Shown here: positions 25,000 through 33,366 of the stretch, piece by piece
Layout of the letters: each line of letters begins with the position of its first letter
Position numbering within the stretch: position 1 is the stretch's first letter
Source of the DNA: a virus
Taxonomy: Duplodnaviria > Caudoviricetes
Length of the DNA: 33,366 nt
IMG/VR virus record: IMGVR_UViG_3300037854_000076
Span: 1-33,366 of that record
Reading direction: 5' to 3' (one strand)
Made by a program: the position numbers and the translations under genes
The notes under the pieces: generated by a model
Database searches by the model: none
What the model saw: only the letters and a program-made list of their open reading frames with translations
Told to the model about the DNA's origin: nothing

Positions 25000-25652
25000 A
25001 GCGATGTGAAGTTGAGTGAAATATTCTGCCACTTACCCTGCTCGTCTTTGACCTTGATCTCGTAGCCATAGCCGCGCAGGTTGACCTGGAAGGACTCTTC
25101 CAGTAGATTCAGACCCTCCGTCCATCGTGGATCTGCAAAGGCATTGCGATGCTTCAGCAACTGGAATACTTTGGCATACTCCAGGTCACCTTTTTCATTG
25201 CGTGAAAGAAATCCCATCAGGATCTCAAATAGATCCCGGTCGCGCTTCTTGGCGGTCTCTTCCAGGAACTCTTTCAGCATGGCCACGGCCTTGGTACCTC
25301 GCTCATCCCAGAATGGCTCGGTGTCGCGTGTCCGGGTGACGCGCATCATTCCATCGCTGGAAGTGATGGAAAATCCTCCCTTGCTATTGCTGCGAATCTC
25401 ACCGTATTCGGTAAGGGCTTCGTGCTGGGATTCCATGGTCAGGCTAATAGACCTTTTAAAGTCTGTAAGCTTTTCATTAAGACCTCTAGCCAGCTTGACG
25501 ATGTTATTGATGTTTCTATCGCGCTCGCGCTCATACTTGGACTTGGCCTTTTCCTTTTCCTTCAGGACTTTGGCCTGCTTCGCCTGAAGCTGTGCCTGAA
25601 GGGCTTCTACTTGCTCGGGAGTGAGCTGATCGATGTTGATAGTTTCTGTCAT
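24996..25652 (-). CDS. DUF3164-like transposable-phage protein (218 aa)
   Basis: N-terminal coiled coil; FSITSSDG, WDER, DPRW.EG..LL.ES and C-terminal WQNISLNFTSL motifs. Confidence 0.8.
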   Translation of the reverse strand: MTETINIDQLTPEQVEALQAQLQAKQAKVLKEKEKAKSKYERERDRNINNIVKLARGLNEKLTDFKRSISLTMESQHEALTEYGEIRSNSKGGFSITSSDGMMRVTRTRDTEPFWDERGTKAVAMLKEFLEETAKKRDRDLFEILMGFLSRNEKGDLEYAKVFQLLKHRNAFADPRWTEGLNLLEESFQVNLRGYGYEIKVKDEQGKWQNISLNFTSL

Positions 25653-25654
25653 AA

Positions 25655-25999
25655 TTAGAGTTTGTTTAAGAATTGATGTATGAATATGGATACACAGAGT
25701 GTCGTAGCTTGGAGGTCTCCGTGATGACGTACTTCGAGCCGCTGATCCCCGTCCATACTGACCGTGGCATCGATGTACTGTTTGTTCACGAAGTTGCAGG
25801 CGATTTCAAACCTGATCCCTCGATGCGTAATCAGAATAGAATTTTCATTGCTATTCCGAACCTTGCGCTTTCCGTATAGACTGATGAGTTTGCTCCAGAT
25901 CGCATCCATGAGATCCATCCAGTCATTGAATAGCTCTCGGGTCAGTCCGAGCTCGTGCAGCTCTTCCGGTGTCATAAAGGGTCGCTTCATCGGTTTCAT
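25655..25999 (-). CDS. Hypothetical protein (114 aa)
   Basis: Coupled ORF in the operon. Confidence 0.7.
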   Translation of the reverse strand: MKPMKRPFMTPEELHELGLTRELFNDWMDLMDAIWSKLISLYGKRKVRNSNENSILITHRGIRFEIACNFVNKQYIDATVSMDGDQRLEVRHHGDLQATTLCVSIFIHQFLNKL

Positions 26000-26163
26000 C
26001 GGTTTCTGTCGGCTTGGCGTTTGATTCGATGCAGGGCTTTGCGATGCTCCGCTCCGAGGATCTGATCCGCTTTCTTTCTTCCCTGTCTCAGTCCCAGCTG
26101 ATAGGACACAAAGAGCATGAGGAAGAAAATAGCGATCACGAGTAGGCTATTGAGTAGGTCCAT
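25996..26163 (-). CDS. Small membrane protein (55 aa, MDLLNSLLVIAIFF...)
   Basis: Translated by hand; hydrophobic N-terminus; ATGA overlap downstream. Confidence 0.65.
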   Translation of the reverse strand: MDLLNSLLVIAIFFLMLFVSYQLGLRQGRKKADQILGAEHRKALHRIKRQADRNR

Positions 26164-26167
26164 GATC

Positions 26168-26278
26168 TCAGTCTTTAGGTTCGCGATACTTGGTGCCTGG
26201 ATAGCCTTTGTCTCGGGTCAGATATCCAACCAGAAATGCGGCGGCAAAGAATATGAGTGTTAGTGCTAAATGGTTCAT
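26168..26278 (-). CDS. Small membrane peptide (36 aa, MNHLALTLIFFAAAF...)
   Basis: Translated by hand; A-rich leader; single hydrophobic helix. Confidence 0.55.
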   Translation of the reverse strand: MNHLALTLIFFAAAFLVGYLTRDKGYPGTKYREPKD

Positions 26279-26303
26279 GATTGCTTGTTTATAGGGTTTT
26301 TAA

Positions 26304-26353
26304 TCCCGATAGCTATCGGGACTTTTTACTACTTACTTTTTACTACTTACTTT
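26304..26353. repeat. 18-bp perfect palindrome followed by heptamer tandem x4
   Basis: TCCCGATAGCTATCGGGA (26304-26321); TTACTAC TTACTTT TTACTAC TTACTTT (26326-26353). Confidence 0.8.
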
Positions 26354-26769
26354 TTGTTACTCACCACGCTCTTGATATACTGATGAAAGCTCTGGCGAAG
26401 GACTTGCTGATTGCCTCTGACATAGCAGGGATTGTGATACTCCTGCCAGACGCAGGCGAGGTGACGCTCCGATCTGGCCACGGTCCAGCCATCCTGTGCC
26501 GGTAGGCGAACGAGGATCTGACCGTTTTTCTCCAAAGAGACCGAATCCATGAAGCCCATGTCTATGATCTCCCAGTGCTTCATCCACCAAGTCCAGAAGG
26601 AAGGCTGTAGCGGTAGCATCTCCATGCCGTGGCGATCGGGTTCCAGTACCTTCTCCAGCCAGATATAAGCCGAGTCAAAGCAGAGCTGAAACTGATCTGC
26701 TGTCGAGATGCCGGTATAAGCCTCAATGAGCTGACAGATATCCGGGGCGGTGTTATTTGCTGATTTCAT
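26347..26769 (-). CDS. Hypothetical phage protein (140 aa)
   Basis: FWTWWMKHW..ID..F motif; overlapping ORF in the operon. Confidence 0.75.
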   Translation of the reverse strand: MKSANNTAPDICQLIEAYTGISTADQFQLCFDSAYIWLEKVLEPDRHGMEMLPLQPSFWTWWMKHWEIIDMGFMDSVSLEKNGQILVRLPAQDGWTVARSERHLACVWQEYHNPCYVRGNQQVLRQSFHQYIKSVVSNKK

Positions 26770-27034
26770 AGAGCAGAAGGTCTTTCTTGTTTGACTGCAT
26801 GCTTCTTCTATAGATCTGAAGACTGGTGGTCTCTTCGACTAGCTTCACGTAGTACAGATTTTCCATGCTGTAGGCATTGGTTTTAGGATAGTACTTGATG
26901 AATGTTTCCAGCTTGGAGAGGCAATCACCGATGAGGCTTTCTTCTTGACAGAGCTTTTCCACCTTCCAATTCAGACCATAGGCCATGTTTGATCTGGAAG
27001 GGTTCTTTTTGACTTTTTTCAGTTGTAGTGCCAT
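26753..27034 (-). CDS. Hypothetical protein (93 aa)
   Basis: Co-oriented ORF. Confidence 0.65.
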   Translation of the reverse strand: MALQLKKVKKNPSRSNMAYGLNWKVEKLCQEESLIGDCLSKLETFIKYYPKTNAYSMENLYYVKLVEETTSLQIYRRSMQSNKKDLLLYEISK

Positions 27035-27038
27035 TGTC

Positions 27039-27080
27039 TCGTATTTCGTATTTCGTACTTCGTATTTCGTACTTCGTATT
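27039..27080. repeat. Heptamer tandem TCGTA(T/C)T x6
   Basis: Fills 42 of the 46 intergenic bases. Confidence 0.9.
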
Positions 27081-27713
27081 TCAGAACAGGCTTGCTTGTG
27101 CGCTCATCCGGCCTTTCTTGATTCCTTCTTCCCAGATCACGAAGTCCTTTCCTCCTCCGAATCTGCCCCGTACTTTAGCCTTGTAATTGGCCACATGTGC
27201 GACGATATCTACCATGTATTCGATGTCTTTTGCAAACTTGCCCGCTGGCTTTCCTGCCTGCTCCCAGCAGATCAGTATGAAGCACTTGTGCGGAAATCGA
27301 GTAATAAGCTGCTTCCACTGATGCGAGGTGAGATTCATATAGTCTCGGCTGTCGAGAATGATAAATTTGCCGCGATTGGTACCGGATAGGTACTCTACCA
27401 GCTGCTTGAAGTAGTAGCCGGTGCCCAGCATAAAGCGACCGTCTCCTATCTCCTGCATATCCGTGCGGATCATGACATCCTGGATAGACTTGGAGTCTCC
27501 CTCCTCGATGCTGTTGTAGAATACCTTCCCGAATCTGGTGAGGTACTTGGCAAACTGCATCATGAAGGAGGTCTTGCCATTCTTCGGGTGTCCATAGACC
27601 AGCATGGTGAAAGGATCTGAAGGCCTGCCGAATGTCTCTGCCCACTTTCCTGCAAAGTCGAGCTCGCGGTATTGCTTGCTGAGGATGGTGCTGATTCCGA
27701 TCGTTCTAGGCAT
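27081..27713 (-). CDS. P-loop ATPase, RecA/Sms-like (210 aa)
   Basis: GHPKNGKT Walker A; YNSIEEG; IILDS Walker B. Confidence 0.85.
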   Translation of the reverse strand: MPRTIGISTILSKQYRELDFAGKWAETFGRPSDPFTMLVYGHPKNGKTSFMMQFAKYLTRFGKVFYNSIEEGDSKSIQDVMIRTDMQEIGDGRFMLGTGYYFKQLVEYLSGTNRGKFIILDSRDYMNLTSHQWKQLITRFPHKCFILICWEQAGKPAGKFAKDIEYMVDIVAHVANYKAKVRGRFGGGKDFVIWEEGIKKGRMSAQASLF

Positions 27714-28047
27714 AGCTGATTACTTTTTGGTCCAGTTCGAGCATGACTCCTACGAGTAGGCCTCTGATATCATCCGGGGCACGGTGGTACATTTCCTTCA
27801 GGATCACGGCCTCTTCCATCTTTAGTGTGATGGATTGCTCTTTTCCTTCTGCATAGAATGCGATCAGATAGCGGTCTTTGATACGCTGTGTGACCAGATT
27901 CCAAACCCGGAAAGCGGGTGTCATTTGGCTATTGCGCTGATAGTCTGGCAGCCAGTCCAGAAAGGTGAGGAAGTCCTCAAACTGTTTCCAGCTAAGTTTG
28001 ATCTTCAGGTCTCCTTTGGCGGTGTATTTGACGGTCGATTTGCTCAT
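27706..28047 (-). CDS. Hypothetical protein (113 aa)
   Basis: Coupled ORF. Confidence 0.7.
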   Translation of the reverse strand: MSKSTVKYTAKGDLKIKLSWKQFEDFLTFLDWLPDYQRNSQMTPAFRVWNLVTQRIKDRYLIAFYAEGKEQSITLKMEEAVILKEMYHRAPDDIRGLLVGVMLELDQKVISYA

Positions 28048-28049
28048 GA

Positions 28050-28481
28050 TTATTTGATGTCTAGTTGCTCACGGATAGATGATGCGATCACCCGGTATTT
28101 GGTCTGCTGCTGTAGCATTTCTGACAGGAGAAGGAGATCGATGAAAGGTTGCTGCATCTCCTGATCCAGCTCCTTGATTCTACTCTCTGTCAGCTCCATG
28201 ATCATAAAGAGTCGCTCTGTGGACTCTATGATGATATATCGGCACTGTGTCCGCTCCTCTTCGAGCTTTGCCAGGCTGTCTGTGCATTGGATCTGCTTGA
28301 TCTCCTCGGTGATTTCTTTGAGTCTGAGGATGGCAAGCTTCTTTGACTCGATGAGTTTTCCATAGGCCGACGGATCTGCCGTACCAGGCATTTCAGCAAG
28401 TAGGCTTGCAATCGAGATAGGTCTGCTATCTGCTGCGCCGTCCGCTTTTTCTTTTGCCATTCTGAAGGTGTTGGATTCCAT
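28050..28481 (-). CDS. Coiled-coil hypothetical protein (143 aa)
   Basis: Coupled ORF, helical composition. Confidence 0.7.
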   Translation of the reverse strand: MESNTFRMAKEKADGAADSRPISIASLLAEMPGTADPSAYGKLIESKKLAILRLKEITEEIKQIQCTDSLAKLEEERTQCRYIIIESTERLFMIMELTESRIKELDQEMQQPFIDLLLLSEMLQQQTKYRVIASSIREQLDIK

Positions 28482-28499
28482 TTCTTTCGGTTTTGACGG

Positions 28500-28820
28500 T
28501 CATTTAGTCGCTTGATCCTCGCTACTAAGTAGTCCACTGAATTTGTCATCTGCTTCCTTCATTAGTTTTTCTGCTACTCGCTCCTCGTCACCTGAGCCAT
28601 TGCCCAGTCTGTAGACTCCTCTGATGTCATTCAGAATCGTCTGCCGGATGGCTGCTCGATAGATCTCAAGGAAGTCTTTGACCATGCGTGTGGTGTAGAT
28701 TCCCTGATTCTTTAGCATGCCTGCTTCTGCATCCTGGATGGCTGCTTCGTAGCCCTCTTGGATGCCTTCCTGCCGCTCTGTGAGCGGATCTTCACTGATT
28801 AGTTTTTGCGCTTGTGTCAT
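28500..28820 (-). CDS. Hypothetical protein (106 aa from MTQAQK)
   Basis: Start set by the repeated AAACAAACACACCATG leader. Confidence 0.7.
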   Translation of the reverse strand: MTQAQKLISEDPLTERQEGIQEGYEAAIQDAEAGMLKNQGIYTTRMVKDFLEIYRAAIRQTILNDIRGVYRLGNGSGDEERVAEKLMKEADDKFSGLLSSEDQATK

Positions 28821-29085
28821 GGTGTGTTTGTTTTGATTGTAGATTGATGACTGCTTGACGTATCCAAGGCGGTAGTGTCTTGGCTTGGTACCTTCCGAAT
28901 TGGTCTGTACCAAATTCGACTCCACAGGATCTGAGTAGATTGATGCGGCGGTAAAATGCTCGCTGTGACATGGCTAATTGATGCATGATCTTCAGCTTAC
29001 CTGTTGGCTGTGAGTAGGTCATTGAGAGAATCTTGAGTGACTCGACAAAGATGACCTTGGAGTTAACACCTTCTAGATTGCCCAT
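28792..29085 (-). CDS. Putative winged-HTH DNA-binding protein (97 aa)
   Basis: IMHQLAMSQRAFYRRINLLRSCGV...GRY pattern. Confidence 0.55.
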   Translation of the reverse strand: MGNLEGVNSKVIFVESLKILSMTYSQPTGKLKIMHQLAMSQRAFYRRINLLRSCGVEFGTDQFGRYQAKTLPPWIRQAVINLQSKQTHHDTSAKTNQ

Positions 29086-30020
29086 TCTTCGAGTTGGAAT
29101 AGTTGCTTCACATAGTCCTCAGATACTTCTTTCCCTTTCGAGATCAGGACATCATGGATATCCTTCACATACTCATTCAGCATGGCCCAGTCGAATACAT
29201 GTCTAGCCAGTAGATTGGTCACTTTGCGATCGGTGATATCATGCTCCTTGCAGGCTTCTTCAATGTCCTTTTTGGAGAGAGCTTTTAGGATCAGTTTATT
29301 GGATCGAAGGCGGCGCAGGATTTGAGGCATGAGCTTCTTGCCTTTGGCAGCGGCTAGCTCCAGCTCCCGGAGGATACCCATACCTGAGATGATCAGGCCG
29401 CACTTGCCATAGGTAGCGTCTTCGATGTCCTTGATCACCCGCCACATATCAGGAGACACGCTTTCCATCTCGTCGATGATGATTAAGTATCCTGGTTGAA
29501 TGACTTTGCGTGCAATAGCGTCTAGGCGGTGCATTAATGACTTAGATTCCGGTCGGATATGCAGGCTGGAGATGATCTTTTCTACCAGATCCTTTCCCTT
29601 CATCAGACTGGTGGCCTTGATGTATAGGACGTTTCGGTTTTCTCGGGCATAAGCCTCCAGTGCGTAGGTCTTACCGGCTCCGCTGTCCTTGCTGTCGATG
29701 ATGCCACGGCGATGCTTGGCCTGCGCATAGCGGCAGAGCTGATGCACGCGGGCATAGTTGCTGTTGGAGAAGTGTACTTCCCTCTCAAACTTCAACCCAA
29801 GTGCCTCGGCTACCTTGTAATAGTACTGATCATCGATAGCGATGTCCTTGTTGCTGTCCTTGGAGGTGCGATAGCTTTCTCGACCGTCACGGATGGCCAT
29901 CAGGATGATGGGTGCCACGCCGGAGAGCTTGGAGAGCTTGTTTTGCGAATTGTCCCCTGAAGTGTCAGCGATATATTCGATGACCGCCTCAGTGACCTTG
30001 TTTTTCTGTGATTGGTTCAT
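29073..30020 (-). CDS. MuB-like AAA+ transposition ATPase (315 aa from MNQSQK)
   Basis: N-terminal HTH; SGAGKT Walker A; IIIDE Walker B; QILRR arginine finger; downstream of transposase. Confidence 0.88.
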   Translation of the reverse strand: MNQSQKNKVTEAVIEYIADTSGDNSQNKLSKLSGVAPIILMAIRDGRESYRTSKDSNKDIAIDDQYYYKVAEALGLKFEREVHFSNSNYARVHQLCRYAQAKHRRGIIDSKDSGAGKTYALEAYARENRNVLYIKATSLMKGKDLVEKIISSLHIRPESKSLMHRLDAIARKVIQPGYLIIIDEMESVSPDMWRVIKDIEDATYGKCGLIISGMGILRELELAAAKGKKLMPQILRRLRSNKLILKALSKKDIEEACKEHDITDRKVTNLLARHVFDWAMLNEYVKDIHDVLISKGKEVSEDYVKQLFQLEEWAI

Positions 30021-30079
30021 AGCTTTGTATTGGTGTGTTTGTTTTAGATGTCGGTTTACCGATGTTTGATTCAAACCGG

Positions 30080-30107
30080 GGGCGGGCCGGCGGGCCTGCC
30101 CTTTTTT
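30080..30107 (+). terminator. Intrinsic-terminator-like hairpin facing antisense to the operon
   Basis: GGGCGGGCC-GGCG-GGCCTGCCC-T6 on +. Confidence 0.55.
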
Positions 30108-30306
30108 ATTTTTCTGAAAGTTCTTTTTGCTTTTGATTTAGGGCGTCTATTGTATTTTTTAAGGAATCAATGACTATCTGTAGACCTTTGACTTTGGTAT
30201 GAGCCAATTCATCTAATTCAGTCACTGTATGGAATCTTAGATTACCCTCAGACTCTTCAGTAACTTCGATTCTGATTTCGGCTAGTATTAATTTTTCTTG
30301 TGACAT
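30106..30306 (-). CDS. Hypothetical protein (66 aa)
   Basis: Co-oriented small AT-rich ORF. Confidence 0.65.
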   Translation of the reverse strand: MSQEKLILAEIRIEVTEESEGNLRFHTVTELDELAHTKVKGLQIVIDSLKNTIDALNQKQKELSEK

Positions 30307-30317
30307 GTTGTGAGTAT

Positions 30318-30509
30318 TTAGAGATTATGAATTCCGTTTTTGAGTTGCTTAGCCAGCTGATTGAGCCGGGTGTATTTGGCGCGGTAGTCTTCGCGGATCG
30401 GGTCCATTTCGGTTTTGAATTCAGACTCCCGGGCTTCGATTTTGGCTTTCAGCTTTCGGCACTGCTTCAGTAGCTTACCGGCTTCCTTTTCGATTTCTTG
30501 TTGATTCAT
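30318..30509 (-). CDS. Small coiled-coil protein (63 aa)
   Basis: ATGA-coupled. Confidence 0.65.
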   Translation of the reverse strand: MNQQEIEKEAGKLLKQCRKLKAKIEARESEFKTEMDPIREDYRAKYTRLNQLAKQLKNGIHNL

Positions 30510-30721
30510 AGTGTGAGGGTCAGTTTATCGGTGATTTTTACTTTCATTTTGAAAAACTTCTTGATCCCGTCTCGAAAGCGTTCCCCTTGGTATCTTGAGT
30601 CAAGGGTGTAAAATCCATGCAGCTCAATATTTCCCATGACTTCGTGGCAATAGGCGGCGAAATATCTATCCGGGGAGATCGGCATGGCTTTGATTGTGCG
30701 TCGTCTTTCTGCTGATGTCAT
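30506..30721 (-). CDS. Hypothetical protein (71 aa from MTSAER)
   Basis: ATG 2 nt after the upstream stop. Confidence 0.6.
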   Translation of the reverse strand: MTSAERRRTIKAMPISPDRYFAAYCHEVMGNIELHGFYTLDSRYQGERFRDGIKKFFKMKVKITDKLTLTL

Positions 30722-30723
30722 AA

Positions 30724-30891
30724 TTAGTCTAAGCAAGGAGTATCGATAATGCATTCCACTCCTTTATCATTATAAATTGAGATAGATTGCTCACAGTAAA
30801 GGGCTGATTTTCTAGCGCTAGATTTTGCAGCTGATATTGATCCAAAGAATAGGACCTTACCAGACCATGGATGTTGAAAATAGTATTTCAT
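30724..30891 (-). CDS. Hypothetical protein (55 aa, MKYYFQHPW...)
   Basis: Translated by hand; ATGA overlap with the transposase stop. Confidence 0.55.
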   Translation of the reverse strand: MKYYFQHPWSGKVLFFGSISAAKSSARKSALYCEQSISIYNDKGVECIIDTPCLD

Positions 30892-33104
30892 AGCTCGTAT
30901 CGATTAATGGTTTCTGATTCCTTTTTTGGCTCTACTTCATCTTTGATCTCCGGTTCGGCTAGTTCCTGCCGGCTATTGACCAAGGCCTCAGCTCTGGCGA
31001 TCTTCACGCGGTCGATATGGTCTTTCATACCGAATAGGCGCGGGTTGATGATGTCTGATTCGGTGATTCCGATGGCTTTTACCTCCTGTTTAATGTCCTC
31101 TAATCGGCTTTTTACCAGTTGCTTTTGAGCCTTTTTGGCCTGCTGCTTGGCGGCCAGTCGCTTGCCTTCGCCTTCGACACGGTCAGCTGTAGCGGCATGA
31201 ATGACTTCTTTGCGCTCGGCCTTGATGCGATTGCCCTGGTCATCGCATACCGGACGGCCATTTTGATAGAGATAGGCGTGATCAGAGGAGTTAGGCTCGA
31301 TCTTGAGGGTAAATTCCTGACCGATATACCGGGCATTGAACTCCGGGTCCACGATGTCAAATTCGAGATTGAGATCCTCACCGGTCAGTGGGGACTTGCG
31401 CTGAATTCGGAAGCCATTATTGGTGTACTGATACACTGTAGGCTGGTAGACAGTGCGCATCTTGCGGCTGGTGCCGGCGTGTGTGTCCGGCACCTGTACC
31501 GCCTTGGCGGGTGTCCAGTAGAATGCCTCGATATCCATCGTAGGCGTGAGCTCCCGCTGTCTGTCGAGTGTCTTCAGGAAGCTATCCCTGAATTTCTCGA
31601 TGGGTGATCGACGCAACTCCTCAGCTACTCCCTCATTTTTCCAAGAGCGGTCATGATTCCAGTTTTGGACATCATCCTGAAGCTCCCGGAGGGTTTCTTC
31701 CAGGGTGGGAAGATCTTTGGATCTGACTAGCTTTTGCAGTTCCTCTTCATTGACCTGGTTATTCTTATCCGTGCTCATCATGGAGCCGGTAAATCCTTTG
31801 TGATACTTGAGCCAGCGGCTGTTGAAGTGCCGGTTGAACGGCTCGACGCGCTTGGCTTTGGCATTGCCCACACTTGCCCGCATGTCGATAGTACCCATGA
31901 CTTCGTAGGCATTTTTGACTACGTAGGAGGAGTTTGGGGCCGAGTTATCAGACAGTACTTCCAGGGGAATGTATGCTTTGTCTGCAATGCCGGCGAATAG
32001 TGCGGCGTTTTGGCAGGATGCTCTCAGAGCTTGCAGTACCTGACCGCTATTTTCACCTTTTAGCGAGATACCTACACCGAGAATGCACCAGGAATATTCA
32101 TCCAGGACAAAGTACACGTGAACTCGCTGGAATACACTATTATGATCCATATAGTATCGATGGAGTGGTGTACCATCGATCACTACTTTAGCAAAAGCAA
32201 AGCTCGCAGCGAGTGTCTTGGTGTTTGGCTCGTAGGTATTCTTATATACTTTCCCTCCAAATCGAGATAGGAACCATACTTGTTTATTAGCTGGGTCCTG
32301 TAGTACATTATGCAAGGTCTGAGCGGTGACAAAACACTTTTCATTCCAGCCCTCTTTACCTTTGCTATCGATGTACTCTTGATATTTCTTCTTGGCGATG
32401 TTTGTATATATAAGATGCGTGTCTTCTACACTATATTTCTTGGGGTCAGCATATATATTTAATATGACTGCACGCATCTCTTTAGCCTGCTGATCATCGC
32501 TCTTTATTTTGGCTGCATTCTTCTTGCCATACTGCTTTGAGACCAGACTATTGAGAGCCTTTTTTCGGGCTTGCTCAGTGGGGTTTTTGAAGTAAGCCTT
32601 GAAGGGGGAAAGCTTGCGCTTGAATCTATCCAGGTTAGTGATCTGCCAGACACTCAGCTTCTCCTGGAGCATCAGTTGCATGATCGTTTGGTACAAAGGA
32701 TCTACTCCATCATATCCAAGCGAGCGGGCAAAGGTCAGTGTAGCCGGTGCCACAAAGTCCAGGTAGGAAACCGTGGTCTGGTACTCCGAAGCCTTCGGGT
32801 GTGCATGAGGGATGTCCAGGTAGAAAGCCCTTGCATCCGGGTCCTTCTTAATCATGTCTTTGATGACGTGACTGGAGATGAGATCAGCTTTGCCAGGCAT
32901 GGCCTTCTCGATGCGGGTTGACTCCGGGATAGAGTCGTAGGAGACCAGGGAGATGCTATTGTCATCTGGATCAAGCATGTTCGCATAAGACTTTCTCTGA
33001 CCCTTTCTATACTCCTTTGTTGCGGTGTATAAAAAGGTCTTTGAAAAGCCCATGCTTTCCATTTCACTGATTGACAGATATAGATTACCGTTGATCATCT
33101 TCAT
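30888..33104 (-). CDS. MuA-like DDE transposase (738 aa)
   Basis: VIDGT, VLDEYS..ILG, LSDNS and AKRVEPF catalytic-core motifs; WNH. Confidence 0.9.
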   Translation of the reverse strand: MKMINGNLYLSISEMESMGFSKTFLYTATKEYRKGQRKSYANMLDPDDNSISLVSYDSIPESTRIEKAMPGKADLISSHVIKDMIKKDPDARAFYLDIPHAHPKASEYQTTVSYLDFVAPATLTFARSLGYDGVDPLYQTIMQLMLQEKLSVWQITNLDRFKRKLSPFKAYFKNPTEQARKKALNSLVSKQYGKKNAAKIKSDDQQAKEMRAVILNIYADPKKYSVEDTHLIYTNIAKKKYQEYIDSKGKEGWNEKCFVTAQTLHNVLQDPANKQVWFLSRFGGKVYKNTYEPNTKTLAASFAFAKVVIDGTPLHRYYMDHNSVFQRVHVYFVLDEYSWCILGVGISLKGENSGQVLQALRASCQNAALFAGIADKAYIPLEVLSDNSAPNSSYVVKNAYEVMGTIDMRASVGNAKAKRVEPFNRHFNSRWLKYHKGFTGSMMSTDKNNQVNEEELQKLVRSKDLPTLEETLRELQDDVQNWNHDRSWKNEGVAEELRRSPIEKFRDSFLKTLDRQRELTPTMDIEAFYWTPAKAVQVPDTHAGTSRKMRTVYQPTVYQYTNNGFRIQRKSPLTGEDLNLEFDIVDPEFNARYIGQEFTLKIEPNSSDHAYLYQNGRPVCDDQGNRIKAERKEVIHAATADRVEGEGKRLAAKQQAKKAQKQLVKSRLEDIKQEVKAIGITESDIINPRLFGMKDHIDRVKIARAEALVNSRQELAEPEIKDEVEPKKESETINRYEL

Positions 33105-33114
33105 GCTGATTCAA

Positions 33115-33366
33115 TCAATTGTTCAAAGCCTGATCGATCTTGTTTTCCAAGGCAGCTTTTCGGGCCTTGGCTTCTTCCAGGATTTCGATTGCCTTATCTA
33201 GCACCTCCTCATTTTCCCATCTACCGGCAAAGACCTTTTCAACACTATGCCTGGTAAGTCCAAGCTCCTTGGCAATACGAGTAAGGGCCCCATGCGGAAG
33301 AGAAGCTTTTAGGGCTCCTAGCTTGATCCGGTCTACTTTGGTTGGCTCGATCATTTTTATGTACAT
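33115..33366 (-). CDS. Ner/Cro-like HTH regulator (up to 83 aa)
   Basis: LPHGALTRIAKELGLTRHSVEKVF HTH directly upstream of the transposase. Confidence 0.75.
   Translation of the reverse strand: MYIKMIEPTKVDRIKLGALKASLPHGALTRIAKELGLTRHSVEKVFAGRWENEEVLDKAIEILEEAKARKAALENKIDQALNN

Larger units (their letters stand above)
1..33366. mobile_element. Mu-like transposable prophage (internal part, ends outside window), probable Bacteroidota host
   Basis: DDE transposase, MuB-like ATPase, DUF3164-like, gp36-like, DUF935-like portal, gpF-like, gpG-like, capsid and tape measure genes; no host housekeeping gene recognised. Confidence 0.95.

Noticed and set aside
1-33366. Stop-codon reassignment, and the many opposite-strand ORFs in the track
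   Set aside because: Genes tile densely under the standard code using TAA, TAG and TGA; the antisense ORFs are shadows of recognisable genes.

Overview
The whole window is the interior of a Mu-like (transposable) prophage with a probably non-contractile tail (no sheath gene recognised in the window); neither prophage end is in view. The host is most likely Bacteroidota, inferred from gene families, A/C-rich leaders lacking a Shine-Dalgarno sequence, and TTG-N20-nAnnTTTG promoters. Right to left: (1) Early/middle operon on - (33366-20763): HTH, DDE transposase, MuB-like ATPase, second P-loop ATPase, DUF3164-like protein, GemA-like and Mor/C-like regulators, many small ORFs. (2) Packaging operon on + (14465-20701): TerS, TerL, gp36-like adaptor, portal fused to a Mu gpF-like domain, gpG-like and tail-completion genes. 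(3) Divergent head/lysis/tail operon on - (14113-1). The unusual signals are mostly non-coding: (a) attC-like sites that delimit integron-type gene cassettes at the distal end of the early operon, with a gene starting inside the attC loop and no integrase in view; (b) at least seven CGTC-tagged palindromic elements, two translated in frame inside the portal-gpF linker and two forming an 83/85-bp inverted pair about 9.5 kb apart; (c) several other miniature repeat families filling intergenic gaps; (d) a D-arm-reduced tRNA-Met(CAT)-like element in the late leader; (e) a -1 frameshift tail chaperone absent from the ORF track. All product names come from motif reading and synteny; no database searches were run.
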